NCBI GenBank assembly: GCA_036170915.1
Contig: JAVHQC010000010.1
Coordinates: 169,423-233,422 of the forward strand
Direction of reading: 5' to 3'
DNA length: 64,000 nucleotides
DNA from: Cyanobacteria bacterium auto_48_18
GTDB taxonomy: Bacteria > Cyanobacteriota > Vampirovibrionia > Obscuribacterales > Obscuribacteraceae
Below, in pieces: positions 10,325 to 20,760 of this stretch. The position numbers and the translations under genes are program-made. Each line of letters starts with the position of its first letter. Position 1 is the stretch's first letter. The notes below the pieces were generated by a model. That model worked only from the letters and a program-made list of their open reading frames with translations, did no database searches and was not told where the DNA came from.

Positions 10325-11113
10325 ATGGAAACGCACAAGCACGCAGTTGATGCTCGCAAATCGACAGATCCAAAGTTTATGCACTGGAAATCAAGATTTA
10401 AATTAGCAGCGGCCGTTTTCGAAGAAGGAAATGCAAGCGAAGCACGCACCCTCATATATAAAACGCTGATGGAAGCAGAAGGATTGGCTGACCGTGACTT
10501 TGCAGTGCCAGCCTCACAAATCGCTATGGCTATTGTCTGTATGGAAGAAGGCAATTTAAAGGAGTCGAAAGAATATTTTGACAAAGGCTTGAACAGCCTG
10601 CGCCTTCTCGGTGACGACGCCGGTCGCGAGCTGTATGCCGCCGCACTTAGATTTAAGGCAATGTGGCACGACCAAAATCAAGATCTCACTAGTGCAGAAA
10701 CTTGCCTGAGAGAATCTGTCGATATTTTGAAAAACCAGGCAGGCGCCAGTGCCGTGCAGCTGGCGTGTTCGCTAAATGACCTGTCGTTCGTGCTCATACG
10801 ATCAGAGCAGCTGGAAGAAGCCAGTGAATTGATTCGTGCATCAATGGGAATTCTAGCCAACACAGTCGGTGTAGAAGACGCTTCGTATGACTGGGCAAAA
10901 ATGCTGTATCAAGTTTGCCTTACACGCAATGACGAAGCGCTTTTCATAGAAACATTTGAGCTGTCCGCCACTGAACTTCAGTACAAGCGGGGTGGCAAAC
11001 ATCCGAATCTTGTACGTGCCCTCAATGCGTACGCGGCTGCGTTGAAAAAACGGGGAATGACCGAACAACTTGAAGAGGCGAAAGAAAAATTTGTTGCTTT
11101 ATATAAAAGTTGA
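10325..11113 (+). CDS. TPR-like helical repeat protein
   Basis: Helical repeats with HPNLVRALNAYA-type tail; ATG 10325 follows AAGAGG. Confidence 0.7.
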   Translation: METHKHAVDARKSTDPKFMHWKSRFKLAAAVFEEGNASEARTLIYKTLMEAEGLADRDFAVPASQIAMAIVCMEEGNLKESKEYFDKGLNSLRLLGDDAGRELYAAALRFKAMWHDQNQDLTSAETCLRESVDILKNQAGASAVQLACSLNDLSFVLIRSEQLEEASELIRASMGILANTVGVEDASYDWAKMLYQVCLTRNDEALFIETFELSATELQYKRGGKHPNLVRALNAYAAALKKRGMTEQLEEAKEKFVALYKS

Positions 11114-11142
11114 TTCAGTTGCTTTGAAAAATCGCAACTGGA

Positions 11143-11589
11143 TCACGCGCTGACAATTTTAGACTTGTTTGTCGCCTTCTCTTTAGACAAAAAAAGATCA
11201 GCACTGACGCTAAAATGCTCAGCAAGGGCCAAAATATGTGCTTTGCTAAGATCACGCTTTTCATTCCAGATCTCACTAGCACGGCCGGATGGCAGTCCCA
11301 CTAATCTTCCGAAATCAGCTTGCTTCAATCCGTTCATTTCGAACAAATATTTGACGTTTTCGATAGGTGAGAACTCAATCTTTACTGAGTGGTGCTCTTT
11401 TTCGTAAATACCTATCAATGTGCCAAGCACGTTTAAATAATCCTGTTCTTCTTGATTAAGACTGCCTAGCCGTTCATAAAGTTCAGTCGATACTTCAATC
11501 GCATCATCCAAATCAAATTCACTTTTGAGCGGCCGCAATGGCAGCCTTTTGATGAGACCCATATAGGTGGTGGTTTTCAGCTTACTCAT
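11143..11589 (-). CDS. higA: HigA antitoxin (C-terminal XRE HTH)
   Basis: LGTLIGIYEKEH, LKQADF, SEIWNEKRDLSKAHILALAEHF; downstream of higB. Confidence 0.9.
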   Translation of the reverse strand: MSKLKTTTYMGLIKRLPLRPLKSEFDLDDAIEVSTELYERLGSLNQEEQDYLNVLGTLIGIYEKEHHSVKIEFSPIENVKYLFEMNGLKQADFGRLVGLPSGRASEIWNEKRDLSKAHILALAEHFSVSADLFLSKEKATNKSKIVSA

Positions 11590-11613
11590 CGCCGCACATT
11601 ATCCTCAAATCAA

Positions 11614-11898
11614 TTAAAATTTTTCTTCGTCATACTCTGCATGAGTCATTATTTTCAAGACGAATACTGTTTGAGTCTGATACCAGACCATCGCAGCAAG
11701 CCTGTAATTCCCTCCACCAATATCGAATATCCATTTTCGATCACCTACGCAGTCGGCTGTGTTGAACGTGTTCAATACGTCAGGCGGGTTTGTCCATTTT
11801 GCCGCTCGCACTGCGACAATCCAATGAGCTAAAGGTGAGCCTGACTTGGGATGCTCTGTGGCAAAACGCCAGACAGCTCTTTCGTTTTTGATCTGCAT
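11614..11898 (-). CDS. higB: HigB toxin (mRNA interferase)
   Basis: IFDIGGGNYRL and THAEYD motifs; toxin-first order. Confidence 0.92.
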   Translation of the reverse strand: MQIKNERAVWRFATEHPKSGSPLAHWIVAVRAAKWTNPPDVLNTFNTADCVGDRKWIFDIGGGNYRLAAMVWYQTQTVFVLKIMTHAEYDEEKF

Positions 11899-11925
11899 CT
11901 AGTGCTCGCCTCACTAAGATTATCG

Positions 11926-11984
11926 TCACATAATGTGAGCGAATGCGCAACGGAATTCGGAGAAAATTCCTCACAAATTGTGAG
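11926..11984. promoter_or_regulatory. Two TCACA-N3-TGTGA palindromes; probable HigA operators
   Basis: TCACAtaaTGTGA at 11926-11938 and CTCACAaatTGTGAG at 11970-11984, just upstream of higB. Confidence 0.7.
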
Positions 11985-12018
11985 ATTTAACCTTATCGCG
12001 CTCATCCGCTATCTTATA

Positions 12019-12047
12019 AGACGGTTATTCGTCGATTAAAGTTCAAA
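12019..12047 (-). promoter_or_regulatory. Recurrent motif copy 1 (TTTGAACTTTAAT-N11-CGTCT), upstream of higBA
   Basis: Plus strand AGACG-gttattcgtcg-ATTAAAGTTCAAA. Confidence 0.7.
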
Positions 12048-12462
12048 TCACGAGTAAAAACGAACTCTGCAATATGCGCGCCAATGCAGGAAAACGCTAG
12101 ACCTTAGAGGTATTCGACAACCTGAGACTAGGATACCCTGCGATAGGAATGAGCTGGCTGTACTTAACTCCAGCACTGGTTTCGGTGAAGTGTTCGACCA
12201 ATTGAGCAAGCTCTCCAGCGGCAAAGTGGCTTTCAGAAGAAGCGACCTTCTGCAAATCGACACTACCTGGATTATTCTTGCCAACGTGCGCCGTCATCTC
12301 ACTGGTGGCTGCAGCCGTTGCCTTAAACGCTTGCGGTCTACTAGTTCTCTGCTTTCCCACTTAGACATTACCTGGACTGGAATACCATTCGGATTTCAAG
12401 AATACCCGACAGCTGCGGCAAAAGTACAGCAATGTATTGGTAGACGCAAATATACGTTGAAC

Positions 12463-13494
12463 TTACCGAGTAGCCGACTCCATCACCGAACGGACAAACT
12501 TTCTCGGAATTTCCATGTGCCCTTCGTTTGTTGGTTTAAATAAAACGCCCTGCTTGTCGCCTCGCTTCTCCCCCTTATAGGCGGCCAGTTCGCGGGCTAC
12601 AAACTTAGCTTGTTCCATGCTCTGTCCATGGGTGCTGCTGCCAAAGATGTTCTGAAATTTCTTTTCACCGCTGGCGAGATCGGCGATGTTGCTTTTGATC
12701 CAGCCATTAAAACCGTGCGTGTCATACAGAGAGTCTAGAAGTGTGACGCTATTGACCTTTTTGGACAATTCAGGGTTAGCGGCTAACTGACTTTTGGTAG
12801 GAATGAAGCCAGCCGAATGAGAAATTAAGCCAATGTGACGAACGTCAGCCAAGGTTTTTCCTTTCAGCTCTGGTGTCTTATCGAAAACATCTTGCACCAT
12901 TTTTGTGGCGAAATCTTTGGAAGCATATGCGCCCTGTTGATTGCCACTCGCTTTCTGCCCGCCTGGATTGACTTGCCACTCAGGGACAATTAGCACCGTA
13001 TTTGGTGGTGCAGCTTTCATCTGTTCTTGCAAGTTTGCATTGCGAAATGAACTAGAAGCGGTATCACGCCATCCGTGATTATAGATCACCAGATTGATTG
13101 GTTTAGTAGCATCGAAATTCTTAGGCAATAGCACCACAGCGTCGGCAGATTTGCCTCCATGCACACTATGCTTTAAGTTGAGTTCGTACTTTTTGGCTTC
13201 AAAATTAGAAGTGATAGGGGCGACAGGTTCTTTTCGCTCTACTCTCGAATCGGCCGGAGTAAGCTTCTTTCCATTATCTTCAATGGTCACCCGAGGAAGA
13301 TGCCGCTCGGCCGAGTTAGGCGTGAGCGCCTCGAAGCCATTAGGCTCGAACTTTTTGACTCGGTCAAACTCTTTATGAACGCCAGATAGCGGGTTATTCC
13401 TCATCACGTTATCAAAAAGTTGCTCCTCCGCGCGAGAAACCTTTTTGGGGTCGGCAGGTTGTTCGCGCCATTCGGCGGCTCTTTGACCGGTCAT
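12463..13494 (-). CDS. Alpha/beta-hydrolase-fold protein
   Basis: IYNHGW, ISHSAG nucleophile-like motif, LLDSLY, C-terminal His (GHMEIP). Confidence 0.65.
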   Translation of the reverse strand: MTGQRAAEWREQPADPKKVSRAEEQLFDNVMRNNPLSGVHKEFDRVKKFEPNGFEALTPNSAERHLPRVTIEDNGKKLTPADSRVERKEPVAPITSNFEAKKYELNLKHSVHGGKSADAVVLLPKNFDATKPINLVIYNHGWRDTASSSFRNANLQEQMKAAPPNTVLIVPEWQVNPGGQKASGNQQGAYASKDFATKMVQDVFDKTPELKGKTLADVRHIGLISHSAGFIPTKSQLAANPELSKKVNSVTLLDSLYDTHGFNGWIKSNIADLASGEKKFQNIFGSSTHGQSMEQAKFVARELAAYKGEKRGDKQGVLFKPTNEGHMEIPRKFVRSVMESATR

Positions 13495-13585
13495 GCTACA
13501 CCTGGTGTACGGACCTGATGCCTGGTAATTTGCTACTATCTCTCAAGCAGCATACTTCGCAAGTAGTAAAGGATTTGTAAACGGA

Positions 13586-14317
13586 ATGAGCAAATTAGAC
13601 AGAATCGCTCTGGTCACCGGCGGTAATAAAGGAATTGGCTTTGAGGTCGCCAAACAGTTGAGCCAGACCGGCTGTACAGTTGTTTTGACGTCTCGCAATC
13701 GCGAGCAGGGAGAAAGCGCCGTTGCCAGACTCAAAAGTGACGGCGGTGATGTTTATTACTCACAGCTTGATGTATGCGCTCCAAACACAATTGCCGCCAC
13801 TTACAAATTTATCGAATTAAAATTTGGTCGCCTTGATATTCTCGTCAATAACGCCGGCATTATTGAAAGCACTGATGGGCCAGCTTCAGCTGCATCGATG
13901 GACGCAATCGAAAAAACATTGAAGACAAATTTTCTTGGCCCAATTCAAGTAACTCAAACTCTGCTTCCACTTTTGAAAAAATCGAAGCACGCTTCGATAG
14001 TCAATGTTTCAAGTGGGCTCGGCTCTTTGACACTGAATGGCGACGAAAAACATATGTGTTCGCAGGTTCCATATGTTGGCTATTGCGCGTCGAAAGCTGC
14101 GCTGAATATGTTCACGGTGAAGCTGGCTTTTGAGTTGAAAGACACACATATTAAAGTCAATTCTGCCGACCCCGGATATACAGCAACAGACTTGAACAAT
14201 AATCAAGGATATCAATCAATCGAGGAAGGCGCCGCGGAGACTGTTAGGCTGGCTTTAATAGAGGAACATGGTCCTACTGGAACTTACTCTGATAAAGAAG
14301 CAGTTTTGCCCTGGTAA
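13586..14317 (+). CDS. SDR oxidoreductase (carbonyl reductase-like)
   Basis: TGGNKGIG, NNAG, YCASK, DPGYTATDLN. Confidence 0.95.
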   Translation: MSKLDRIALVTGGNKGIGFEVAKQLSQTGCTVVLTSRNREQGESAVARLKSDGGDVYYSQLDVCAPNTIAATYKFIELKFGRLDILVNNAGIIESTDGPASAASMDAIEKTLKTNFLGPIQVTQTLLPLLKKSKHASIVNVSSGLGSLTLNGDEKHMCSQVPYVGYCASKAALNMFTVKLAFELKDTHIKVNSADPGYTATDLNNNQGYQSIEEGAAETVRLALIEEHGPTGTYSDKEAVLPW

Positions 14318-14351
14318 ACAGCCGATTACGCGTCGTACCGGAGGAACATAT

Positions 14352-17300
14352 TTGTCATTGCCTAAATTTAAAATTGGCACTTGCATCGTCTGCGCACTAT
14401 CAATTAGTTTTTTCACGACACAAACAATATGCATTGCCCAAAATAATCCACCTGCGCAATTGCTGACTGAGCCTCCAGACGCAATGTCGGAGCCGACTGC
14501 TTATAACCACGATCTTTCGGCTCTCTTTGAAGCAATGCATCCGTTGGACGGCAGCGAAGGGCCGTTTGCTGTGCAACGCTTTAAAGAAATGGGCAAAATT
14601 TATCTACAGCAAAACGCTGATTTACTCTCTCTGGGCGCCGACCTAGAAGCTTTAAAGCTTATGGCCGCCTGGCCGCTTGCCTCCAAATATCCTTTAAATC
14701 AGACGGCGATTGCGGCACTGTCTCACGCACTGACTGCTGGAAATATCAAAGCTGCTGATGTTTTTTGGGATAAAGTCAAAAGCAGTTTAGACTTTGAAGG
14801 AGCCAAAGCCGAAAATATCGCTGAGAATTATCCTCAAGTGATTATTCAACTCGTGCAAGCAGGGCGAAGGCCTGATGCAATTCTACTAGCAAGAAAACTG
14901 TTACCAATATTCAACGGTAAGCAAATTGATGCCAGCGACAGCTATAGATATACTGATTACCAGTATCGACATGACGTGCTCAAAGCGTGTGCCATAGCTC
15001 TCGCCGGCGAGTCAAAAGTAGAAGCCCTGGCTGTCTGCGATCAACTTTTTGACTTAGACCGCGACAATCAATGGCTTGGCGAAATGTACTTGGCCCTGGG
15101 TCAAAAAGAAAAGGCTTCAGCTTGCTATAAACGCGCTATCGCGCTCGAAGAAAAACGGAGAGCTGGTGGCGCAGAACAAAATACTGCACTGCCAAACCCG
15201 TCTCTATTTGACGCTAAAAAATTTAATTCAACAATTGACACTTCAGCTACCTACGCTTTGCTTAACCGCGCCCACCAGCTGATTGAGCAAGGCATAGTGC
15301 CAGAAAAAGAAATCACTGAACTGGTAAACCTGACTGATGATTACACTCTCAATAAGCCTGCCGCGCTGTTGAACCTGGTTCGAAATTTAAGCGATCATAA
15401 GATGATCAAGCAGTCAAACGATTTACTGGCTGGTCTTAGCGGCACGGCTAAACAACAACACTGCACGCCGATAACTGCGCTGTTTCTCGCGACCGAACAG
15501 GCAATCAATTCTGTTCGCAGTGATGGCACAGACAAACAAAAGTGGAATGAAATTGAAAATTATTTGACACCATTGGGCGAATTTTCCACCGATAGATTTC
15601 GCATTCTTGCACTTGCGTATGCGACGGCAGGCGACTTTAAGCGGGCCAAAATAATCCAGGATCACGCACTGCCACATCTGCAAACCGAACTATTCATCAA
15701 GAAAAATAGCAGAGGACGGATTTTATTTTTACTTGATCAAGCAGCTGTTTATTCAGCCCTGGGCGATGATGAAAATGGGCAAAAGCAATTTGATCAAGCA
15801 ATGACACTTACAGCCGCCGAAGCCGCACGTAATGACCGAACAATCAGCGCAACCGATTGGCCCGGCATGACAGCCATGGCTAAAGAAGGTGAATTCAGAT
15901 GTTCTCTTGTTACTAAAATTGTTAATTACATCATTGAAGATTCGACAGAGGATAACAAAAACGATCGCACAGAAAAAAACTTGCGGGCGGCCCTTAATGC
16001 CACCGAAGCTTTAGCACCTGTACCGACCAATATCACCTCAGCCAATAATGGCATGAACAGCTCTATGTTAATTGCAAGGGCCCAGCCCGCAATCAGAGTA
16101 ATGTTAGCCAGACACCTGATGAAAAAAGGTGACCACACTCAAGCGAATGATATTCTGTCGAAAGTTGATCAGTCGGCTTGGGACAACTCTTTTGGCGACC
16201 TTGACGTTTTAAGGGCAGAGCTTGAAGCAGCAGCCGGCAATTGGAACAGGGCAATGGAAATTTATCTTACTGTGCCTTTCAGCGGCCAGACTATTAATCC
16301 TGGCTATGAGACAGCAGGCTACACCAGGCTGTATTTAACAAAAGCCCTTGAGGCAGCAAAAAAGCTTCCCAGTCTAAATTCGGCAAAACTTGCTTTCATT
16401 TACCACCAATTAGCTATGACGTATGACACACAGCCGTATGCACCAGAGCAAGCAATTGAATTTTACAAGCAAGCCTACTCGCTCTATCCGGATACCGATA
16501 GCAACAAATCGGTAGTCGCGCAAAAAATCGCACAGACCGAACAGGCCATGATTTCGCAAAAATCGGATGCTGCGATTGTCTCTTGCGAAATAACTAAACC
16601 TCTTGATCACAACACCACAACAGTCATCGAAATGCTACACAACGCGGCGTTACTTGCTGAAAAAAATCAAGCTGAGACCAGAGTTACCGAATGGCTTAAT
16701 TTCGCTTCGGCGGAGGCACAAGCAGGTTTGCTTGACAGCGCCATAGAGCATGCGCAACATGCCATTTCTATTTTTCACAAACCTACTGATCAACAGTTAT
16801 ATATTCGTACAATGGAATTAGAGGCGGTAGTTTCAGCGCTTAGCGAACGCGGAAAGGCAAGCGCAGCAGAACAACTACTTATTGACGCAGCACAAAAAGT
16901 CGCCGAACTATTTGGCCAACCGAGCATGGAGTACGAAACTCAACAAGCGCAGCTCTTTCGATTTTATTACAATCAGGAGAATTACAACAAAGCGCTAGAG
17001 GTGGTTGACCAAATACTTGCTGTCGCGCCACAGACAGTAGAATTGAATCGACCATTTAATGACCACGGTCGTTTATCAGTTCTTAATTGGGTTCCTTATA
17101 TTTCAACAGATAGGAAAGATCCTAAAATGGCACTAGAACTGTTGAACAAGTCCTATCAGGCCTATCAAAAATATTATGCTAAAGACGATTATCGTATGGC
17201 CCATCTTCTAAAAATGAGGGCCGATCTTGAAAGCTCTGATAATTTTGCTGCGGCATTATCAAACTATGAAAAAGCTTTGGCTATTGCAGCACTGAACGGC

Positions 17301-17993
17301 GGAAGCTCTGGCGAGTATTACCTGATAGCCGCAGCTACAGAAGACTTCCTGATAAAGAATGGTAAGGCTAAAGAGTTGGCTTTACTCCGCAAACAGCGTG
17401 ACAAATTTGAATTGGTCAGGCAAGAATTTGATCTAACTTATCGCCGCATCGAACCCGTAAATATTGAAGCCAAATATTTTCATGTTTCAAACACAGCTCC
17501 ATATAGCGAATATGCTGCTGTCATACTTGATACGATGCTCACCGATTTTGAAAAAAAGCATGATACTGAAGCGATCAACAAATATGTGCCGCTCGTTTTA
17601 GATGTGCTCAACCATACAAATTATTTTAACCACTACTTCGCTTACGGTCAGCTGTCGCCGCTTTCTGCTCGCTACAAATACTTAAAGATGATCATCGCCG
17701 CCAACAGTCGTAGCGATTTCAAAACCGCAAAGTTATGGTTACAAAAAGCACACGATTTAAAACTGCCGTTAGCGACTGTCGAAGAACTGACCTTCCTTTC
17801 TCAGGCAGAACTTCTATGTGGGAACCGGCAATCAGCGCTTGAATATTATAAACAGGCCTGCAAACTTTATCTTGTCGATAACAACAAGGACATTCATCGA
17901 GAAGCACTGATTGTTATGAGAAAGAAACTGGGTCAACGGGAAGATTTAAAATCGCCAGGGCATCCAGGGGTGCAGAGCGGAGCAAAGAAATAA
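14352..17993 (+). CDS. Large secreted TPR-repeat protein
   Basis: Signal peptide after TTG 14352 (GGAGG RBS); TPR units such as LGEMYLALGQKEKASACYKRAIAL. Confidence 0.75.
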   Translation: MSLPKFKIGTCIVCALSISFFTTQTICIAQNNPPAQLLTEPPDAMSEPTAYNHDLSALFEAMHPLDGSEGPFAVQRFKEMGKIYLQQNADLLSLGADLEALKLMAAWPLASKYPLNQTAIAALSHALTAGNIKAADVFWDKVKSSLDFEGAKAENIAENYPQVIIQLVQAGRRPDAILLARKLLPIFNGKQIDASDSYRYTDYQYRHDVLKACAIALAGESKVEALAVCDQLFDLDRDNQWLGEMYLALGQKEKASACYKRAIALEEKRRAGGAEQNTALPNPSLFDAKKFNSTIDTSATYALLNRAHQLIEQGIVPEKEITELVNLTDDYTLNKPAALLNLVRNLSDHKMIKQSNDLLAGLSGTAKQQHCTPITALFLATEQAINSVRSDGTDKQKWNEIENYLTPLGEFSTDRFRILALAYATAGDFKRAKIIQDHALPHLQTELFIKKNSRGRILFLLDQAAVYSALGDDENGQKQFDQAMTLTAAEAARNDRTISATDWPGMTAMAKEGEFRCSLVTKIVNYIIEDSTEDNKNDRTEKNLRAALNATEALAPVPTNITSANNGMNSSMLIARAQPAIRVMLARHLMKKGDHTQANDILSKVDQSAWDNSFGDLDVLRAELEAAAGNWNRAMEIYLTVPFSGQTINPGYETAGYTRLYLTKALEAAKKLPSLNSAKLAFIYHQLAMTYDTQPYAPEQAIEFYKQAYSLYPDTDSNKSVVAQKIAQTEQAMISQKSDAAIVSCEITKPLDHNTTTVIEMLHNAALLAEKNQAETRVTEWLNFASAEAQAGLLDSAIEHAQHAISIFHKPTDQQLYIRTMELEAVVSALSERGKASAAEQLLIDAAQKVAELFGQPSMEYETQQAQLFRFYYNQENYNKALEVVDQILAVAPQTVELNRPFNDHGRLSVLNWVPYISTDRKDPKMALELLNKSYQAYQKYYAKDDYRMAHLLKMRADLESSDNFAAALSNYEKALAIAALNGGSSGEYYLIAAATEDFLIKNGKAKELALLRKQRDKFELVRQEFDLTYRRIEPVNIEAKYFHVSNTAPYSEYAAVILDTMLTDFEKKHDTEAINKYVPLVLDVLNHTNYFNHYFAYGQLSPLSARYKYLKMIIAANSRSDFKTAKLWLQKAHDLKLPLATVEELTFLSQAELLCGNRQSALEYYKQACKLYLVDNNKDIHREALIVMRKKLGQREDLKSPGHPGVQSGAKK

Positions 17994-18041
17994 TGCATCA
18001 AGCAGCTCGCAGCACTTCCCACGTTAATAGGTAACCATTAA

Positions 18042-18076
18042 GAAAGGCACCCAGCAATGCTGAGTGCCTTTTCTTT
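18042..18076. terminator. Probably bidirectional intrinsic terminator
   Basis: GAAAGGCAC-CCAGCAATGCTGA-GTGCCTTTTC between convergent genes. Confidence 0.8.
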
Positions 18077-18097
18077 CGTTTGAGGTCTGTTTAAAAA

Positions 18098-18622
18098 CTA
18101 AACAGCTTTTACAGCCTGGTCATTTACTCGTTTCACATCGGTTGCGCCATGAGTCTTGAAGATATCTTCAGCGCGCTTAAGATCATCGTTGATCTCGCTG
18201 TGAGCGGCAATAAGAATATTGCCTTCTCTCAATTTACCTTCGAACATTTTGGCTTCGTATTCTGGAATTCCCATACCGATAAGAGCTCCGGTGATGCCAC
18301 CAAGGGTAGCGCCGACGCCTATACCACTTAAAGTAGCCATGATCGGTCCTGCAGCAATAAATGGTCCTACGCCTGGAATTGCCAATGCGCCAATACCAGC
18401 CAGAAGGCCAAGTGTGCCGCCGATCACGCCGCCGGTAGTGGCACCGGTTGCAGCACCTTCTGGAGCTTTAGTTGAATTGTCGTGTGCGAAATCTTTTGTG
18501 CCTTCCTTATCTGGGAAAAGCACCGAGAGGTCGTTGCTCAAAAATCCAGAATCTTGCAGAGCACTGACTAGATTTTCTGCGTCTACACGAGTTTTGACAA
18601 GGCCGATTACTGATTGTGACAT
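18098..18622 (-). CDS. General stress membrane protein (YflT/17M-like)
   Basis: GLLAGIGALAIPGVGPFIAAGP, GMGIPEYEAK. Confidence 0.85.
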   Translation of the reverse strand: MSQSVIGLVKTRVDAENLVSALQDSGFLSNDLSVLFPDKEGTKDFAHDNSTKAPEGAATGATTGGVIGGTLGLLAGIGALAIPGVGPFIAAGPIMATLSGIGVGATLGGITGALIGMGIPEYEAKMFEGKLREGNILIAAHSEINDDLKRAEDIFKTHGATDVKRVNDQAVKAV

Positions 18623-18673
18623 TATTGTCTCTCCTAAAATTCTGTATTAGTTGTATTTCTGATTAGTCGCTAA

Positions 18674-19063
18674 CTAGTGAGGTTTAGCGGCCACGCTTAA
18701 GGAAGTCTTGATGCCTTTAACGCCTTTGCAGGTTTTAACAAGTTCTTCGAGGCGCTCCTTTTCTTCAAAGCTATTAACAGGTCCACGAAGAACGACAAAA
18801 TTACTGTCAGACACAAGAATTTTTACGTTCTTAGCGTCCATAGACAGATTTTTCTGTTTCATGATTACTCTGCGGACATTGCCAAGAATTTTGATCTGCT
18901 CTCGGCCATTGCCTTGTTTATCGGCAACCACAGCATTCTCTTCTAAGGCTCCACGATTCTGTTTTGTATTATCTGCCTTCACTGGTTCTGCTTGTGCTGT
19001 GTTGACGCTAATCACCAATAGTGCACAAACGCCAGCTGATGCCAACAAACTTTTCATTTGCAT
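18674..19063 (-). CDS. BON-domain (OsmY-like) secreted protein
   Basis: ADNT, LSMDAKNVKI, VVLRGPV, GVKGI; signal peptide. Confidence 0.88.
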   Translation of the reverse strand: MQMKSLLASAGVCALLVISVNTAQAEPVKADNTKQNRGALEENAVVADKQGNGREQIKILGNVRRVIMKQKNLSMDAKNVKILVSDSNFVVLRGPVNSFEEKERLEELVKTCKGVKGIKTSLSVAAKPH

Positions 19064-19325
19064 TCAACCTTTGTCTTATGTTTTTGTACGGCCTCGCACT
19101 GTTTTTATCATCACAACTCGACAATGTTGAAATAAAGCTCAACAGCAAGTTCCCGAAAACCCGCTGCGCAGAGCAGCGAGCAGTGAACGTATCTCACAGT
19201 GATGTCAGTACAATTCCGAAGAGTACGACCATCGTCGGTGCCAAAAGTTCCAAAAAAAATTTCGCAGCGAAATTATGCAAATGACATCTTCATCTGCAAA
19301 TCGGGAGAACATTGGGGCGCGGCAG

Positions 19326-20687
19326 CTACCTGTTAAACGGCTTCTCATTCACCCAGTGAAAACCACGATTGAGAAGTAGGTAATTGCTGCGGTTGATGCG
19401 GTGTAAGCGAATTTCGCATTGGATACCGTCAACTTCGCCGCGTAATATCCAATGAGTGGCATCGGGCATTTCGCTTACTAAATGCGCCTTCCAATCCTGA
19501 TCTTCTTTTGCCACCAAATCTAAATCTTTGCCATTGTTGAGTTTGGTTAGTTTGTACGTCGTCCACTCTTCGCCAGCATTGCTGGCAGCAATACTTTTTT
19601 CATGTACCCACAGTGACTCCCAGCGGCAGTCAGCCAGCAAATCAGCCGGCAATGGTTGACCAGAATATTGATATGAATCAACTGTCCATGAACCTTTGTA
19701 ATCGCCAACTCTAGGTAACTCCGCAACAGATGTTTTGAAACTTTTGTAGGAATAGAAAAAACCAAAAAATGCGTGATAGGCGAGGAAGCACCAGGCAACG
19801 CTCCACACAATTAAATTGAATTTCTTGTTTTGAAAAAGATTGAGTGAAGTAAAAGCAGAAGCGCTTCGCTGCCTACAAAAAATATTAAACAGGTTTCTAG
19901 TATCGGGCAAAAGCAAGAAAATCGAAAGCACCAACAGATGCCCTGAAAGTATTTTGACCGGCACGTCATAACACATATTGAGCATGACAATTTCGCCTGC
20001 CACGGTCACACACAAAAGCGTGCCTAATACTCGCGTATAAGGTATAGCCAGTAGTAAACCAGCGGTGAACTCAACGAGCCCTGTGAAAATCGTATAGGGC
20101 TGAGACGCGCTCATGAATGTCCAGAGCAGGCCCATGGGAGATTTTTCGCCAACGGTCTGGGTCAAAATATGGTTCTGCAGGGGCGGAAACTGGCTGGGAA
20201 ATATCTTGCAGGCACCATAATCGAGCATGTTAGACGATACAAAAAGCAGAGACCAGATGCGCAGAAGTGCAAAGAGAGAAGTGTAGTGGCGGCGTTTTCG
20301 ATCCAGAACGCTCCAGATAATCGCCCCGAATCCGGCAAAGCCTGCGTAAGTTGCTATTTCTATCCAACGAATCAGTTGATCTCCGCTGCCCGACGCTGCC
20401 GAGGACCAATCAGGCGGAGTATGAAAACAATAGGCAGCTGTTACGGCGATCAGTGCGCGAACGAAAAAGTCCCACGGTACGGCGATTAGATTTAATAGGG
20501 GAATCGAGCTAAAAGGAAACGGAAAGAGATAGAGAAAGAGGTAAACAAACCAATAACGAAAAAGAACTAGCTGCCAGAGCGGCCACACAATTGACGGCGC
20601 TGCTGCACCAGTTGTAGTGGTATCAGATATGGTTTCTGATTTTTCGGGAGATTCTTCAGGCAAAAAGCACCATAACGAGTTAGGCAT
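19326..20687 (-). CDS. DoxX-like multi-pass membrane protein
   Basis: YGACKIFPSQFP, SPMGLLWTFM, LNMCYDVPVK, LLNRGFHWVNEKPFNR. Confidence 0.75.
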   Translation of the reverse strand: MPNSLWCFLPEESPEKSETISDTTTTGAAAPSIVWPLWQLVLFRYWFVYLFLYLFPFPFSSIPLLNLIAVPWDFFVRALIAVTAAYCFHTPPDWSSAASGSGDQLIRWIEIATYAGFAGFGAIIWSVLDRKRRHYTSLFALLRIWSLLFVSSNMLDYGACKIFPSQFPPLQNHILTQTVGEKSPMGLLWTFMSASQPYTIFTGLVEFTAGLLLAIPYTRVLGTLLCVTVAGEIVMLNMCYDVPVKILSGHLLVLSIFLLLPDTRNLFNIFCRQRSASAFTSLNLFQNKKFNLIVWSVAWCFLAYHAFFGFFYSYKSFKTSVAELPRVGDYKGSWTVDSYQYSGQPLPADLLADCRWESLWVHEKSIAASNAGEEWTTYKLTKLNNGKDLDLVAKEDQDWKAHLVSEMPDATHWILRGEVDGIQCEIRLHRINRSNYLLLNRGFHWVNEKPFNR

Positions 20688-20760
20688 TCATGCCAAAAGG
20701 CTATCACAGCGAATGCAAAAAATCGAACATCCAAGTACAATATTTATGCTTTAAAAAAGT

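Noticed and set aside
12097..12360. 87-aa minus-strand ORF
   Set aside because: No recognisable motif and competing ORFs in other frames; cannot be supported
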